Positions 11,450-25,300 of a stretch of 64,000 nucleotides of DNA are shown here, one piece after another. Source of the DNA: Squalus acanthias (lineage: Eukaryota); NCBI GenBank assembly GCA_030390025.1, contig JASTWF010000033.1:124001-188000 (forward strand). Direction: 5' to 3'. The position numbers and the translations under genes are program-made. The stretch's first letter is position 1, and each line of letters opens with the position of its first letter. Below the pieces are notes generated by a model that worked only from the letters and a program-made list of their open reading frames with translations, was not told the DNA's origin and made no database searches.

Positions 11450-13717
11450 ATAATATGATTGAATTTTACATTCAGTTTGAGAGAGAGAAGTGTGGGCCCA
11501 AGACTAGTATTTTAAAATTAAATAAGGGCAATTATGAGGTCATGAAAGCAGAGCTAGCTAAAGTGAACTGGCAAATTAGGTTAAGGGATCGGTCAAAAGA
11601 GTGGCAGACATTTAAGGGGATATTTCAAAATACACAGAAATATACACATTCCAACGAGAAAGAAAAATTCCAAGGGGAGGACCCACCATCCGTGGTTAAC
11701 TAAAAAAGTTAAAGGTATTAAACTTAAAGAAAAACCATATAATTGCGCAAAAATGGGAGGCAGGTCAGAAGATTGGAAAGAATATAAAAAACAGCAAATA
11801 ATGACTAAAAGATTAATAAGGAGAGAAAAATTAGTGTACGAGAGAAAGCTAGCTAGAAATATAAAAACAGATAGTAAGAGTTTGTATAGATATTTAAAAA
11901 GCAAAGATTTAACAAAGTGAGCGTTAGTCCTATAAAAAGTGAGTCTGGAGAATTAATAATGGAAAATAAGGAGATGGCAGTTGAATTGAACAGGTATTTT
12001 GCATCGGTCTTCACAATAGAGGATACAAGTAACATCCCAGAAATAGCTGTAAATCAGGAAATGGAAGGGAGATAGGAACTCAGGAAAATTATAATAATCA
12101 GGGAAGTGGTACTGAGCAAATTGTTGGAGCTGCGGGTTGACAAGTCCCCGGGTCCTGATGGACTTCATCCTAGGGTTTTAAAATAAGTGGCTCGTGAGCT
12201 AGTTGATGCGTTAGTTTTAATTTTCCAAAATTCCCTAGATTCGGGGAAGGTTCCATTAGATTGGAAAATAGCGAATGTAACTCCTTTATTCAAAAAGGGA
12301 GAGAGACAGAAATCAGGAAACTACAGTCCAGTTAGCTTAACATCTGCCCTAGGGAAGATTTTAGAAGCTATTATTAAAGACGTTATAGCAGTGCACTTAG
12401 AAAAGTTCAAAGTAATCAGGCAGAGTCAACATGGTTTTATGAAAGGGAAATAATGTTTAACCAATGTATTGGAGTTCTTTGAGGAAGTAACATGTGCGGT
12501 GGATAAAGAGCAACCGGTGGATGTACTGTACTTAGATTTCCAGAAGGCATTTGATAAGGTGCCACATCAAAGGTTATTGCGGAAAATAAAAGTTCATGGT
12601 GTAGGGGGTAACATATTGGCATGGATAGAAGATAGGCTAGCTAACAGGAAACAGAGAGTAGGCATACATGGGTCATTTTCTGATTTGCAAGATGTAACGA
12701 GTGGTGTGCCACAGGGATCAGTGCTGTGGCCTCAACATTTTACAATTTATATACATGACTTGGATGAAGGGACCTAAGGTATGGTTGCTAAATTTGCTGA
12801 TGACACAAAGATAGGAAGGAAAGTAAATTTTGAAGAGGCCATAAGGAGGCTACAAAGGGATATAGATAGGTTAAGTGAGTGGGCAAAGAAATGGCAAATG
12901 GAGTATAATGTAAAAAATGTGATGTTGTCCATTTTGACAGGAAGAATAAAAAAGAAACATATTATCTAAATGGCTAGAGATTGCAGAGCTCTGAGATGCA
13001 GAGGGATCTGGGTGTCCTAGTGCATGAATCGCAAAAGGTTACTATGCAGGTACAGAAAGTAATTAGGAAAACTAATAAAATGTTATCGTTTATTGTGAGG
13101 GGAATTGAATACAAAAGTAGGGAGGTTATGCTTCAGTTATACAGGGCATTGGTGAGACCACATCTGGAGTACTGTGTCCAGTTTTGGTCTCCTTATTTAA
13201 GGAAGGATGTAAATTCGCTGGAAGCAGTTCAGAGAAGGTTTGCTAGACTAATACCTGGAATGGGCGGGTTGTCTTATGAGGAAAGGTTGGACAGGCTAGG
13301 CTTGTATCCGCTGGAGTTTAGAAGAGTAAGAGGTGACTTGATTGAAACATATAAGATCCTGAGGGGTCTGGACAGGGTGGATGTGGAGAGGATGTTTCCT
13401 CTTGTGGGAGATTCTAGAACTAGGGGTCACTGTTTAAAAATAAGGGGTCGCCCATTTAAGACAGAGGTGAGGAGATTTTTTTTCTCACAGAGGGTCGTGA
13501 GTCTTTGGAACTCTCTTCCTCAGAGGGCGGTGGAAGCAGAGTTTTTGAATATTTTTAAGGCAGAGGTAGATAGATTCTTGGTAAGCAAGGGGGTGAAAAG
13601 TTATCGGGGTTAGGCAGGAATGTGGAGTAATCAGATAAGCCATGACCTTATTGAATGTCGGAGCAGGCTCGAAGGGCCGAGAGGCCTACTCCTGCTCCTA
13701 AATCGTATGTTCGTATG
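11450..13717 (+). mobile_element. 5'-truncated, disrupted CR1 LINE (ORF2 from the end of the endonuclease through RT and 3' UTR)
   Basis: [47 protein letters not shown] and LVRPHLEYCVQFWSP are spread over several frames. The tail is cgtatgttcgtatg. Confidence 0.95.
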
Positions 13718-15364
13718 AATGTCAAGGGTTGCTGGTTAGACTCTCGCTTGTTGGAGATATTCATTGCCTGGGCACTTCTGTGGTGCAAATGTTACCTGCC
13801 ACTTATCAGCCCAATCCTCCACCACGTCCAGGTCTTGTTGCATGCGGGCATGGACTGCTTAATTATCTGAGGAGTTGTGAATGGCACTGAACACTGTGCA
13901 ATCATCAGAAAACATCCCCATTCCTGAACTTATGTTGGAGGGAAGGTCATTGATGAAGCAGCTGAAGATGATTGGGCCTAGGACACTGCCCTGAGGAATT
14001 CCAGCCACGATGCTCTGGAGTTGTGATGATTGACCTTCAACCACCACAAACATCTTCCTTTGTGCTAGGTATGATGACACCTTCCATCACTTTACTGATG
14101 TCTGAGAGTAGACTGATGAGGCGGTAATTGTCCGGATTGGATTTGTCCTGCTTTTTTTGGACAGGACATACCTGGGCAGTTTTCCACATTGTCGGATAGA
14201 TGCCAGTGTTGTAGCTGTATTGGAACAGCTTGGCTAGAGGCGCGGCTATTTCTGGAGCACAAGCCTTCAGCACGATAGCCGGGATGTTGTCGGGGTCAAC
14301 AGCCTTTGCTGTATCCAGTGCGCTCAGCCGTTTCTTGATATCGCGTGGAGTGAATCGAATTGGCTGAACACTGGCTTCTGTGATGGTGGGGACCTCAGGA
14401 GGAGGCTGATATGATTCATCCACTCGGCACTTCTGGCTGAAGATGGTTGCAAACGCTTCAGGCTTGTCTTTTGCACTCACGTGCTGGGCTCCACCATCAT
14501 TTAGGATGGGAATATTCATGGTGCCTTCATCTACCATTCATTGTTTAATAGTCCACCACCATTCACGACTGGATGTGGCAGGACTGCAGAGCTTTGATCA
14601 GATCCATTGATTTTGGGATCGCTTAGCCCTGTCTATAGCATGCGGCCTCCACTTTTTAGCATGCATGTGGTCCTTTGTTGCAGCTTCCCCTGGTTGGCAC
14701 CTAATTTGTAGGTACGCCTGGTGTTGCTCCTTTCATGCCCTTCTACATTCCTTATTGAACCAGGGTTGGTCCTCTGGCTTGATGTTAACGATAGAGTGAG
14801 AGATATGCCGGGCCATGAGTTTACAGATGGTGGTGAAATATAATTCTGCTGCTGCCCCACAGCACCTCATGGATGCCTAGTTTCGAGCTGCTAGATCTGT
14901 TCTGAATCTTTACCATTTAGCACGGTGGTGGTGCCACACAACACGATGGAGGGTGTCCTCATGTGTGAAGACGGGACTCTGTCTCCACGATGATTGTACG
15001 GTGGTCACTGCTACCAATACTGTCATGCACAGATGCATCTGCGACAGGTAGATTGGTGAGGACGAGATCAAGTAGGTTTTCCCCTCATGTTGGTTCTCTC
15101 ACCACCTGTCGCAGGTCCAGACTGGCAGTTATGTCCTTCAGGACTAGCCAGCTCGATCAGTAGTGCTGCTACTGAGCCACATCTTGGTGATGGACATTGA
15201 AGTCCCCCACCCAGAGTACATTCAGTGATTCTTCCAAGTGATGTTCAACATGGCGGAGTACTGATTGATCAGCTGAGGGAGGGCGGTAGGTGGTAATCAG
15301 CAGGAGGTTTCGCTTGCGCGGAGTCAATGATGAGGACTCCCAGTGCCAGTCCTTCCCGACTGTA
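13718..15364 (-). mobile_element. Internal fragment of a second LINE lineage (CR1/L2 group) with endonuclease and RT remnants
   Basis: TYRPPS and VGDFNVHH (APE endonuclease); [54 protein letters not shown]. There is an internal deletion near 14070, and both ends are cut by CR1 insertions. Confidence 0.88.
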
Positions 15365-15609
15365 TAAGAACATAAGAACATAAGAACATAAGAAATAGGA
15401 GCAGGAGTAGGCCAATCGGCCCCTCGAGCCTGCTCCGCCATTCAATAAGATCATGGCTGATCTGATCCTAACCGCCAATCTACTATCTATCACAGAACCA
15501 TCTCCTGCATCTAACAGAATTGCACACACGAAATAGGAGCAGAATCAGGCTACACAGTCCCTGGGCCCGCTCCACTACCCACAGGGCCATGACCGATCCG
15601 AACCTAGAC

Positions 15610-17427
15610 TCATGTCCAAATTCCTGCCCGCTCCCCGTAACCCTTAATGCCCTTTACTTCTAGGAAACTGTCTATTTCTGTTTTAAATTTAATTAATGTT
15701 GTAGCTTCTACAGCTTTTTGTGGCAGCATATTCCATGGACCTACCACCCTCTGAGTGAAGTAGTTCCTCCTCATCTCAGTTTTGAAAGAGCAGCCCCTTA
15801 TTCTAAGTCTATGTCCCCTAGTTCTCGTCTCACCCGTCATCGGGAACATCCTCCCTGCATCCACCCGATCCAACCCCTTCACAATCTTATATGTTTCAAT
15901 AAGATCGCCTCTCATTCTTCTGAACTCCAATGAGTAGAGTTCCAATCTACCCAACCTCTCCTCATATGACCACCCCCTCATCCCCGGGATTAACCGAGTG
16001 AACCTTTTTTGCACTGCCTCGAGAGCAAGGATGTCTTTCCTTAAGTAAGGACACCAAAACTGTATGCAGTATTCCAGGTGCGGTCTCACCAATACCTTGT
16101 ACAACTGAAGCAATACCTCCCTATTTTTATATTCTATCCCCCTAGCAATGAAAGCCAACATTCCATTTGCCTTCTTAATCACTTGCTGCACCTGCATACT
16201 AACCTTTTGAGTTTCGTGCACCAGGACCCCCAGATCCCTTTGCACTTCAGTACTCTCCAGTTTCTTGCCATTAAGATAATAAATTGCTCTAGGATTTTTC
16301 CTGCCAAAGTGCATCACCTCACACTTTCCAGTGTTGTATTCCATCTGCCAAATCTCTGCCCACTTACTTAGCCTGTCTATGTCCCCTTGCAGGTTTTTTA
16401 TGTCCTCCTCACTCACTACTTTCCCTCCCATCTTTGTATCATCTGCAAATTTTGATATGTTACACTTGGTCCCTTCCTCCAAATCGTTAATATAGATTGT
16501 GAAGAGTTGGGGACCCAGCACTGACCCCTGTGGAACACCACAACTTACTGATTGCCAGTCTGAGAATGAACCATTTATCCCAACTCTTTGCTTTCTGTTA
16601 GATAGCCAATCCTCTATCCATGCCAGAATATTACCCCCAATCCCGTGATTTTTTACCTTAAGCAATAATCTTTTGTGTGGCACCTTGTCAAATGCCTTTT
16701 GGAAGTCTAAATACACTACGTCCACTGGTTCCCCTTTATCCACTCTATATGTTACTTCCTCAAAGAACTCCAGCAAATTTGTCAAACATGACTTCCCCTT
16801 CGTAAAACCATGCTGACTTTGTCCTATTAAATTATGATTATCCAAATGTCCTGTTACTGTTTCCTTAATAATGGACTCCAAAATTTTACCTACCACAGAT
16901 GTTAGGCTAACCGGTCTATAGTTACCAGCCTTCTGTCTACTGCCCTTTTTAAATAAGGGTGTTACATTAGCAGTTTTCCAGTCTGCCGGGACCTTAGCGG
17001 AATCCAGGGAGTTTTGAAAAATTATTACCAATGCATCTACAATCCCTACCGCCACTTCCTTCAAGACTCTAGGATGTAAGCCATCAGGTCCAGGTGATTT
17101 ATCCGCCTTGAGTCCCATTATTTTACCGAGTACCACTTCCTTAGTGATTTTGATCGTGTTTAGCTCCTCTCCCCCTATAGCCCCCTGTTTGTCCAGTGTT
17201 GGGATATTCTTAGTGTCCTCTACTGTAAAGACTGATACAAAATATTCATTCAGTGTTTTTGCCATCTCCATATTTCCCACCATTAATTTCCCGGTCTCAT
17301 CCTCTAAGGGACCAACATTTACTTTAGCCACCCTTTTTCTTTTTATATAACTATAAAAACTCTTACTATCTGTTTTTATATTTTTTGCTAATTTACTTTC
17401 ATAATCTATCTTCCCTTTCTTAATCAA
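15610..17427 (-). pseudogene. Uninterrupted RT/C-terminal part of CR1 ORF2 (605 aa); upstream EN region disrupted
   Basis: [51 protein letters not shown]. Confidence 0.9.
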
Positions 17428-17773
17428 TCTTTTTGTTATTTTTTGCTGTCTTTTGAAGACTTACCAATCTTCTATCCTCCCACTAACTTTGGCTACCTTA
17501 TATGTCCTTGTTTTTAGTTGGATACTTTCTTTAATTTCTTTACTTAGCCATGGATGGCTGTCATCTCTTTTCCACCCTTTTTTCCTCAGTGGAATATATT
17601 TATTTTGAAAGTTGTAAAATAACTCCTTGAATGAACACCACTGCTCATGTACCATCTTATCCTTTAATCTATTTTCCCAGTCCACTTTAATCAATTCTGC
17701 TCTCATGCCATCATATTCTCCTTTATTCAAGCTGAGTATGCTTGTTTGAGAACCAACCTTCTCACCCTCTAAT

Positions 17774-17902
17774 ACGATAGCAAAATGCTGCGGATGCTGG
17801 AAATCCGAATTAACAACAGAAAACGCTGGAAAAACTCAGCAGGCCAGACAACATCCGTGGAGAGAGAAAGAGAGTTAACGTTTCAGGTCGAAACCCTTCG
17901 TC
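17774..17902 (-). mobile_element. Short Penelope-like terminal-repeat fragment inserted into CR1 ORF2
   Basis: Matches 5744-5875 (agcaaaat..gcggatgctggaa..cagaaaa.gctgga..actcagcagg..gttaacgtttcaggtc). It splits the CR1 sequence MVEFHI|LEGEKVGSQ. Confidence 0.8.
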
Positions 17903-19317
17903 GGATATGGAATTCAACCATGTTATGGTCACTCATTCCAAGGGGATCCTTAACTTGGACATTATTAATTAATCCAGACTCATTACACAGTACCAGATCC
18001 AAGGTTGCTTGCCCCCTTGTAGGATCAGTTACATACTGCTCAAGAAATCCATCCCTAAAACACTCAATAAACTCTTCCTCAAGGCTGCCCTGCCCAATTT
18101 GATTTGTCCAGTTAATATGATAGTTAAAATCCCCCATAATTATCGCTGTTCCCTTAATACATGCCCCAACTATTTCCTGATTAATACTTCTTCCAACAGA
18201 GTTGCAACTATTAGGAGTCCTATATACTACGCCCACCAGTGTTTTTTTCCCCTTATTATTCCTTATCTTAACCCAAACTGTTTCATTATCCTGATCTTTT
18301 GACCCAATATCGTTTCTCTGTATTACATTGATTACTTCATTTATTAACTTAGCCACCCCCTCTCCTTCCTTCCCGCCTGTCCTTCCTGATTGTTAAATAC
18401 CCTGGCATATTTCTATCCCAGACGTTGTCACCCTGCAGCCATGTTTCAGTAATGGCCACAAGATCATACCCATACATAGTTATTTGTGCCGTTAACTCGT
18501 CAATTTTGTTACGAATGCTACGTGCATTCAGATAAAGAACTTTCATATGTGTTTTGCGACACTTACTTCCTGTTTTTTCCTTATTTAACACTTTACCTTT
18601 TACTCCATACCTTCTGTCCCTTCCTGACATGCTTTCCTCTGTCTCCCTGCTCAGGTTCCCAACCCCCTGCCACATTAGTTTAAATCCTCCCCAACAGCAC
18701 TAGCAAACACTCGCCCTAGGACAGCGGTCCCGGCCCTGCCCAGGTGCAGACCGTCCGCTTTTTACTGGTCCCACCTCCCCCAGAACCGGTTCCAATGTAC
18801 CAGGAATTTGAATCCCTCCCCCTTGCATCATTTCTCTAGCCACGTATTCATTTGAAATATCCTCCTATTTCTATTCTGACTAGCACGTGGCACTGGTAGC
18901 AATCCTGAGATTACTACCTTTGAGGTCCTATTTTTTAATTTACCTCCTAACTCCCTATATTCTGCTTTTAGGACATCATCCCCTTTTTTACCTATATCGT
19001 TGGTGCCTATGAGCACCACGACAGCTGGTTGTTCGCCCTCCCCTCCAAAATGTTTTGTAGCCGCTCCGAGACGTCCTTGACCCTTGCACCAGGGAGGCAA
19101 CACACCATTGTGGAGTCTCGGTTGCGGCAGCAGAAACGCCTTTCTCTGCCCCTTACAATTCAGTCCCCTATCACTATAGCTCTTCCACTCTTTTTCCTCC
19201 CAGCCTGTGCAGCAGAGCCGCCCATGGTGCCAGGAAGTTGGCTGCTGCTGCCTTCCCCTAAGTCATCCCCCCCAACAGTATCCAAAGCGGTATATCTGTT
19301 TGAGAGGTGGATGGCCA

Positions 19318-22300
19318 CAGTGTGGACAGGTCCAGTTCAGCACAATTACATTCAGTGTGGACAAGTCAACTTCAGCACAGTTAAATTCAGTGCGGACAGG
19401 TCCACTTCAGCACATTTACATTCAGTGTGGACAGGTCCAGTTCAGCACAGTTACATTAAGTGTGGACAGGTTCAGTTCAGCACAGTTACATACATTGTGG
19501 ACAGGTCCAGTACAGCACAGTTACATTCAGTGTTGACATGACCAGTTCAGCACGGTCACATTCCAAGTGTCCAGTTCAATTACAGCAGAGTTACATTGAG
19601 TGTAGACAGTTCCAGTCCAGTATGGTTACATTCAGTTTGGACATGTCCAGTATAGCTCGTTACAGTCAGCATGGACAGGCCTAGTACAGCACAGCTACAT
19701 TCAGTGTGGACAAGTCCAGTACAGCACACTTACATTAAGAGTGGACAGGTCCAGTACAGCACAGTTACATTCAGTGTGGACAGGTACAATACAGCACAGT
19801 TACATTCAGTGTGGACAGGTCCAGTACAGCAAAGTTACATTCAGTGTGGACAGGTCCAGTACAGCACAGTTACATTCAGTGTGAACAGGTACAATACAGC
19901 AAAGTTACATCCAGTGTGGACAGGTCCAGTACAGCACAATTACATTGAGTGTGTGCAGATCCAGAACATCACAGTTACATTCAGTGTGTACAGGTCCAGT
20001 ACAGCACAGTTACATCCAGTGTGCACTGGTCCAGTACAGCACAGTTACATTCATTGTGGACAGGTCAAGTACAGCACAGTTACATTCAGTGTGGACAGGT
20101 CCAGTTCAGCACAATTACTTTCAGTGTGGACAGGTATAGTTCAGCACACTTACATTCAGTGTGGACAGGTCCAGTTCAGCACCCTTACATTCAGTGCGGA
20201 GAGGTCCAGTACAGCACGGTTACATTCAGTGCTGACAGGTCCAATTTAGCTCAGTTACATTAAGTGTGGACAGTTCCAGTTCAGCACAGTTACATTCAGT
20301 TTGGACAGGTCCAGTTCCGCACAGTTACATTCATTGTGTACAGCTCCAGTTTAGCATATTTACATTCATTGTGTACAGATCCAGTTCAGCACAGTTACAA
20401 TCAGTGTATAGAGGTCTAGTTCAGCACCGCTACATTCAGTGTGGACAGGTCCAGTTCAGCACAGTGACATTCTGTGAGGACAGCTCCAGTTCAGCACAGT
20501 TATATTCAGTGTGGACAGGTCCAGTACAGCGCAGTTACATTCATTGTGTACAGGTCCAGAACAGCACAGTTACATTCAGTGTGGACAGGTCCAGAACATC
20601 ACAGTTACATTCAGTGTGGACAGGTTCAGTACAGCACGGTTACATTCAGTGTGGACAGGTCCAGATCAACTCAGTTACATTAAGTGTGAACAGTTCCAGT
20701 TCAGCACAGTTACATTCAGTTTGGACAGTTCCAGTTCCGCACAGTTACTTTCAGTGTGTACAGATACAGTTCAGCACATTTACATTCAGTGTGTACAGCT
20801 CCAGTTCAGCACAGTTACAATCTGTGTATAGAGGTCTAGTTCAGCACCAATACATTCAGTTTGGACAGGTCCAGTTAAGCCCAGTGTCATTCTGTGAGGA
20901 CTGGTCCAGTTCAGCACGGTTACATTCAGTTTGGACAGCTCCATTTCAGCACGATTACATTCAGTGTGGACAGCTCACCTTTAGCGCGGTTGCATTTCGT
21001 ATGGACAAGTCCAGTTCAGCAAGGTTAAATTTATTGTGGACAGGCCAAGTTCAGCACGTTTACATTTAGTGTTGACAGATCCAGTTCATCACATTTACAA
21101 TCAGTGTATACAGGTTCAGTACAGCAGAGTTACATTCAGTTTGGACAGGACAGTTCAGCATATTTACATTCAGTGAGGACAGGCCCAGTTCAGCACAGTT
21201 ACATTCAGTGCGGACAGTTCCAGTGGAGCATTTTACATTCTGTAAGGACAGCTCCAGTTCAGGACCCTTACATTCAGTGTGGACAGGTTCATTTCAACAT
21301 CTCAACATTCAGTGTGTTCAGGTCCAGTTTAGCACAGTTATATTCTGTGAGGACAGGTCCAGTTCAGCACAGTTACATTCACAGTGGACAGGTCTAATTC
21401 CGCACAGTTACATTCAGTTTGGTCATGTCCACTTCAACACATTTACATTCTGTGTGGAGAGGTCTTGTTCATCACAGTTACATTCTGAGAGGACAGGTCC
21501 AGTTCAACTCGGTCACATTCATTGTTGACAGGTCCAGTTCAGCACAGTTACATTCAGTGTGGACATGGCAAATATCGTACAGTTACATTCAGTGAGGACA
21601 GGTCCAGTTCAGCACAGTTACTTTAAGTGTGGACAGGTTCAGTTCAGCACAGTTACATTCAGTGTGGACAGGTCCAGTACAGCACAGTTACATTCAGTGT
21701 GGACAGGTCCACTTCAGCACAGTTACATTCAGGGTGCACAGGTCCAGTATAGCACAGTTACATTCAGTGTGGACAGGTCCAGTACAGCAAAGTTACATTC
21801 AGGGTGCACAGGTCCAGTACAGCACAGTTACATTCAGTGCGGACAGGTCCAGTACAGCACAGTTACATTCAGAGTGGTCGGGTCCAGTACAGCACAGTTA
21901 CATTCAGGGTGCACAGGTCCAGTACAGCACAGTTACATTCAGGGTGCACAGGTCCAGTACAGCACAGTTACATTCAGGGTGCACAGGTACAGTAAAGCAC
22001 AGTTACATTCAGTGTGGACAGGTCCAGTACAGCACAGTTACGTTCAGTGTGGACAGGTCCAGTACAGCACAGTTACATTCAGTGTGAACAGGTCCAGTAC
22101 AGCAACGTTGCATTCAGTGTGGACAGGTCCAGCACAGCACAGTTACAATCTATGAGGACAGGTCCAGTTCAGCACAGTTACATTCAAACTGTCCAGGTCC
22201 AATTCAGCACAGTTACTTTCAGTGTGGACAGGTCCACTTCAGCAGAGTTACATTCAGTGTGGACAGGTCCAGTTCAGCACAGTTACATTCAGTGTGGACA

Positions 22301-25300
22301 GGTCCAGTACAGCAAAGTTACATTCATTGTGGAAAAGTCCAGTACAGCACAGTTATATTCAGGGTGCACAGGTCCAGTACAGCACAGTTACATTCAGTGT
22401 GGACAGGTCCAGTATAGCACAGTTACATTCAGAATGCACAGGTCTAGTACAGCACAGTTACATTCAGTGTGGACAGGTCCTTTACAACACAGTTACATTC
22501 AGTGTGGACAGGTCCAGTACAGTACACTTACATTCAGGGTGCACTAGTCCAGTACAGCACAGTTACATTCAGGGTGCACAAATACAGTATAGCACAGTTA
22601 CATTCAGTGTGGACAGGTCCAGTACAGCACAGTTACGTTCAGTGTGGACAGGTCCAGTACAGCAGAGTTACATTCAGTGTGGACAGGTCCAGTTCAGCAA
22701 AGTTACATTCAGTGTAAACAGATCCAGTACAGCACAGTTACATTCAGTGTGGACAGGTCCAGCTCAGCAAAGTTACATTCAGTGAGGACAGGTCCAGTAC
22801 AGCACAGTTACATTCAGTGTGGACAGGTCCAGTTCAGCACACTTACTTTCAGTGTGGACAGATCCAGTATAGCTCACTTACATTCAGTGTGGACAGGTCC
22901 AGTATAGCACACTTACATTCAGTGTGTACAGGTCCAGTACTGCAAAGTTACATTCAATGTGGACAAGTCCAGCTCAGCACATTTACATTCAGTGTGGACA
23001 GATCCAGTACAGCACAGTTACAATCAGTGTGTACAGGTCCAGTACAGTAAAGTTACATTCAGTGTGGTCAGGTCCAGTACAGCACAGTTACAATCTGTGA
23101 GGACAGGTCCAGTATAGCAGAGTTACATTCAGTGTTGACAGGTCCAGTACAGCAAAGTTGCATTCAGTGTGTACTGGTCCAGTGCCGCACAGTAACAATC
23201 TGTGAGGACAGGTCCAGTGCAGCACCTTTACATTCAGTGTGGACAGGTCTAATTCCGCACAGTTACATTCAGTGTGGTTATTTCCAGTTCAACACACTTA
23301 CATTCTGAATGGAGAGGTCCTGTTCATCACGGTTACATTCAAAGTGACCATGTCTAATTCAGCAGAGTTACATAGAGAGTGGTCAGGTCCAGTTTAGCAC
23401 GGTTACATTCAGTGAGGACAGTTCCAGTTCAGCACAGTTACATTCAGAGTGGACAGGTCCAGTACAGCACAGTTACATTCAGGTTGCACAGGTCCAGTAC
23501 AGCACAGTTACATTCAGGGTGCACAGGTCCAGTACAGCACAGTTACATTCAGGGTGCACAGGTACAGTATAGCACAGATACATTCAGTGTGGACAGGTCC
23601 AGTACAGCACAGTTACGTTCAGTGTGGAAAGGTCCAGTACAGCACAGTTACATTCAGTGTGAACAGGTCCAGTACAGCAACGTTGCATTCAGTGTGGACA
23701 GGTCCAGCTCAGCACAGTTACAATCTATGAGGACAGGTCCAGTTCAGCACAGTTACATTCAAACTGTCCAGGTCCAATTCAGCACAGTTACTTTCAGTGT
23801 GGACAGGTCCACTTCAGCAGAGTTACAATCAGTGTGGACAGGTCCAGTTCAGCACAGTTACATTCAGTGTGGACAGGTCCAGTACAGCAAAGTTACATTC
23901 AGTGTGGACAAGTCCAGTACAGCACAGTTATATTCAGGGTGCACAGGTCCAGTACAGCACAGTTACATTCAGTGTGGACAGGTCCAGTATAGCACAGTTA
24001 CATTCAGGATGCACAGGTCCAGTACAGCACAGTTACATTCAGTGTGTACAGGTCCTTTACAACACAGTTACATTCAGTGTGGACAGGTCCAGTACAGCAC
24101 AGTTACATTCAGGGTGCACAGGTCCAGTACAGCACAGCTACATTCAGGGTGCACAAATACAGTATAGCACAGTTACATTCAGTGTGGACAGGTCCAGTAC
24201 AGCACAGTTACGTTCAGTGTGGACAGATCCAGTACAGCAGAGTTACATTCAGTGTGGACAGGTCCAGTTCAGCAAAGTTACATTCAGTGTAAACAGATCC
24301 AGTACAGCACAGTTACATTCAGTGTGGACAGGTCCAGCTCAGCACAGTTACATTCAGTGTGGACAGGCCCAGTTCAGCACAGTTACATTCAGTGTGGACA
24401 GGACTAGTATAGCACAGTTACATTCAGTGTGGACAGGTTCAGTATAGCACACATACATTTAGTGTGGACAGGTCCAGTATAGCACACTTACTTTCAGTGT
24501 GGACAGATCCAGTATAGCACACTTACATTCAGTGTGGATAGATCCAGTATAGCACACTTACATTCAGTGTGTACAGGGCCAGTACAGCAAAGTTACATTC
24601 AATGTGGACAAGTCCAGCTCAGCACATTTACATTCAGTGTGAACAGATCCAGTACAGCACAGTTACATTCAGTGTGTACAGGTCCAGTACAGCAAAGTTA
24701 CATTCAGTGTGGTCAGGTCTAGTACAGCAAAGTTACTTTCAGTGTGGACAGGTCCAGTATAGCACAGTTACAATCTGTGAGGACAGGTCCAGTATAGCAG
24801 AGTTACATTCAGTGTTGACAGGTCCAGTACAGCAAAGTTGCATTCAGTGTGTACTGGTCCAGTGCCGCACAGTAACAATCTGTGAGGACAGGTCCAGTGC
24901 AGCACCGTTACATTCAGTGTGGACAGGTCTAATTCCGCACAGTTACATTCAGTGTGGTTATTTCCAGTTCAACACACTTACATTCTGAATGGAGAGGTCC
25001 TGTTCATCACGGTTACATTCAAAGTGACAATGTCTAATTCAGCAGAGTTACATAGAGAGTGGTCAGGTCCAGTTTAGCACGGTTACATTCAGTGAGGACA
25101 GTTCCAGTTCAGCACAGTTACATTCAGTGAGGACAGGTCCAGTTCAGCACATTTACTTTCAGTGCGGCCTGGTCCAGTTCAGCATGTTACATTCTGTGAG
25201 GACAGGTCTAATTCCGCACAGTTACATTCAGTGTGGTTATGTCCAGTTCAAACTATTGCATTCTGAGTGGAGAGGTCCTGTTCATCACGGTTACATTCAA

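Larger units (their letters stand above)
15365..19317 (-). mobile_element. Long CR1 LINE copy (part of ORF1 esterase, ORF2 EN+RT, 3' UTR) with its 5' end replaced by satellite
   Basis: Tail (tatgttct)n at 15365-15392; 605-aa RT ORF; EN pieces [27 protein letters not shown]1 pieces GD*IVRG, IGTND, DGLHL. Confidence 0.96.
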
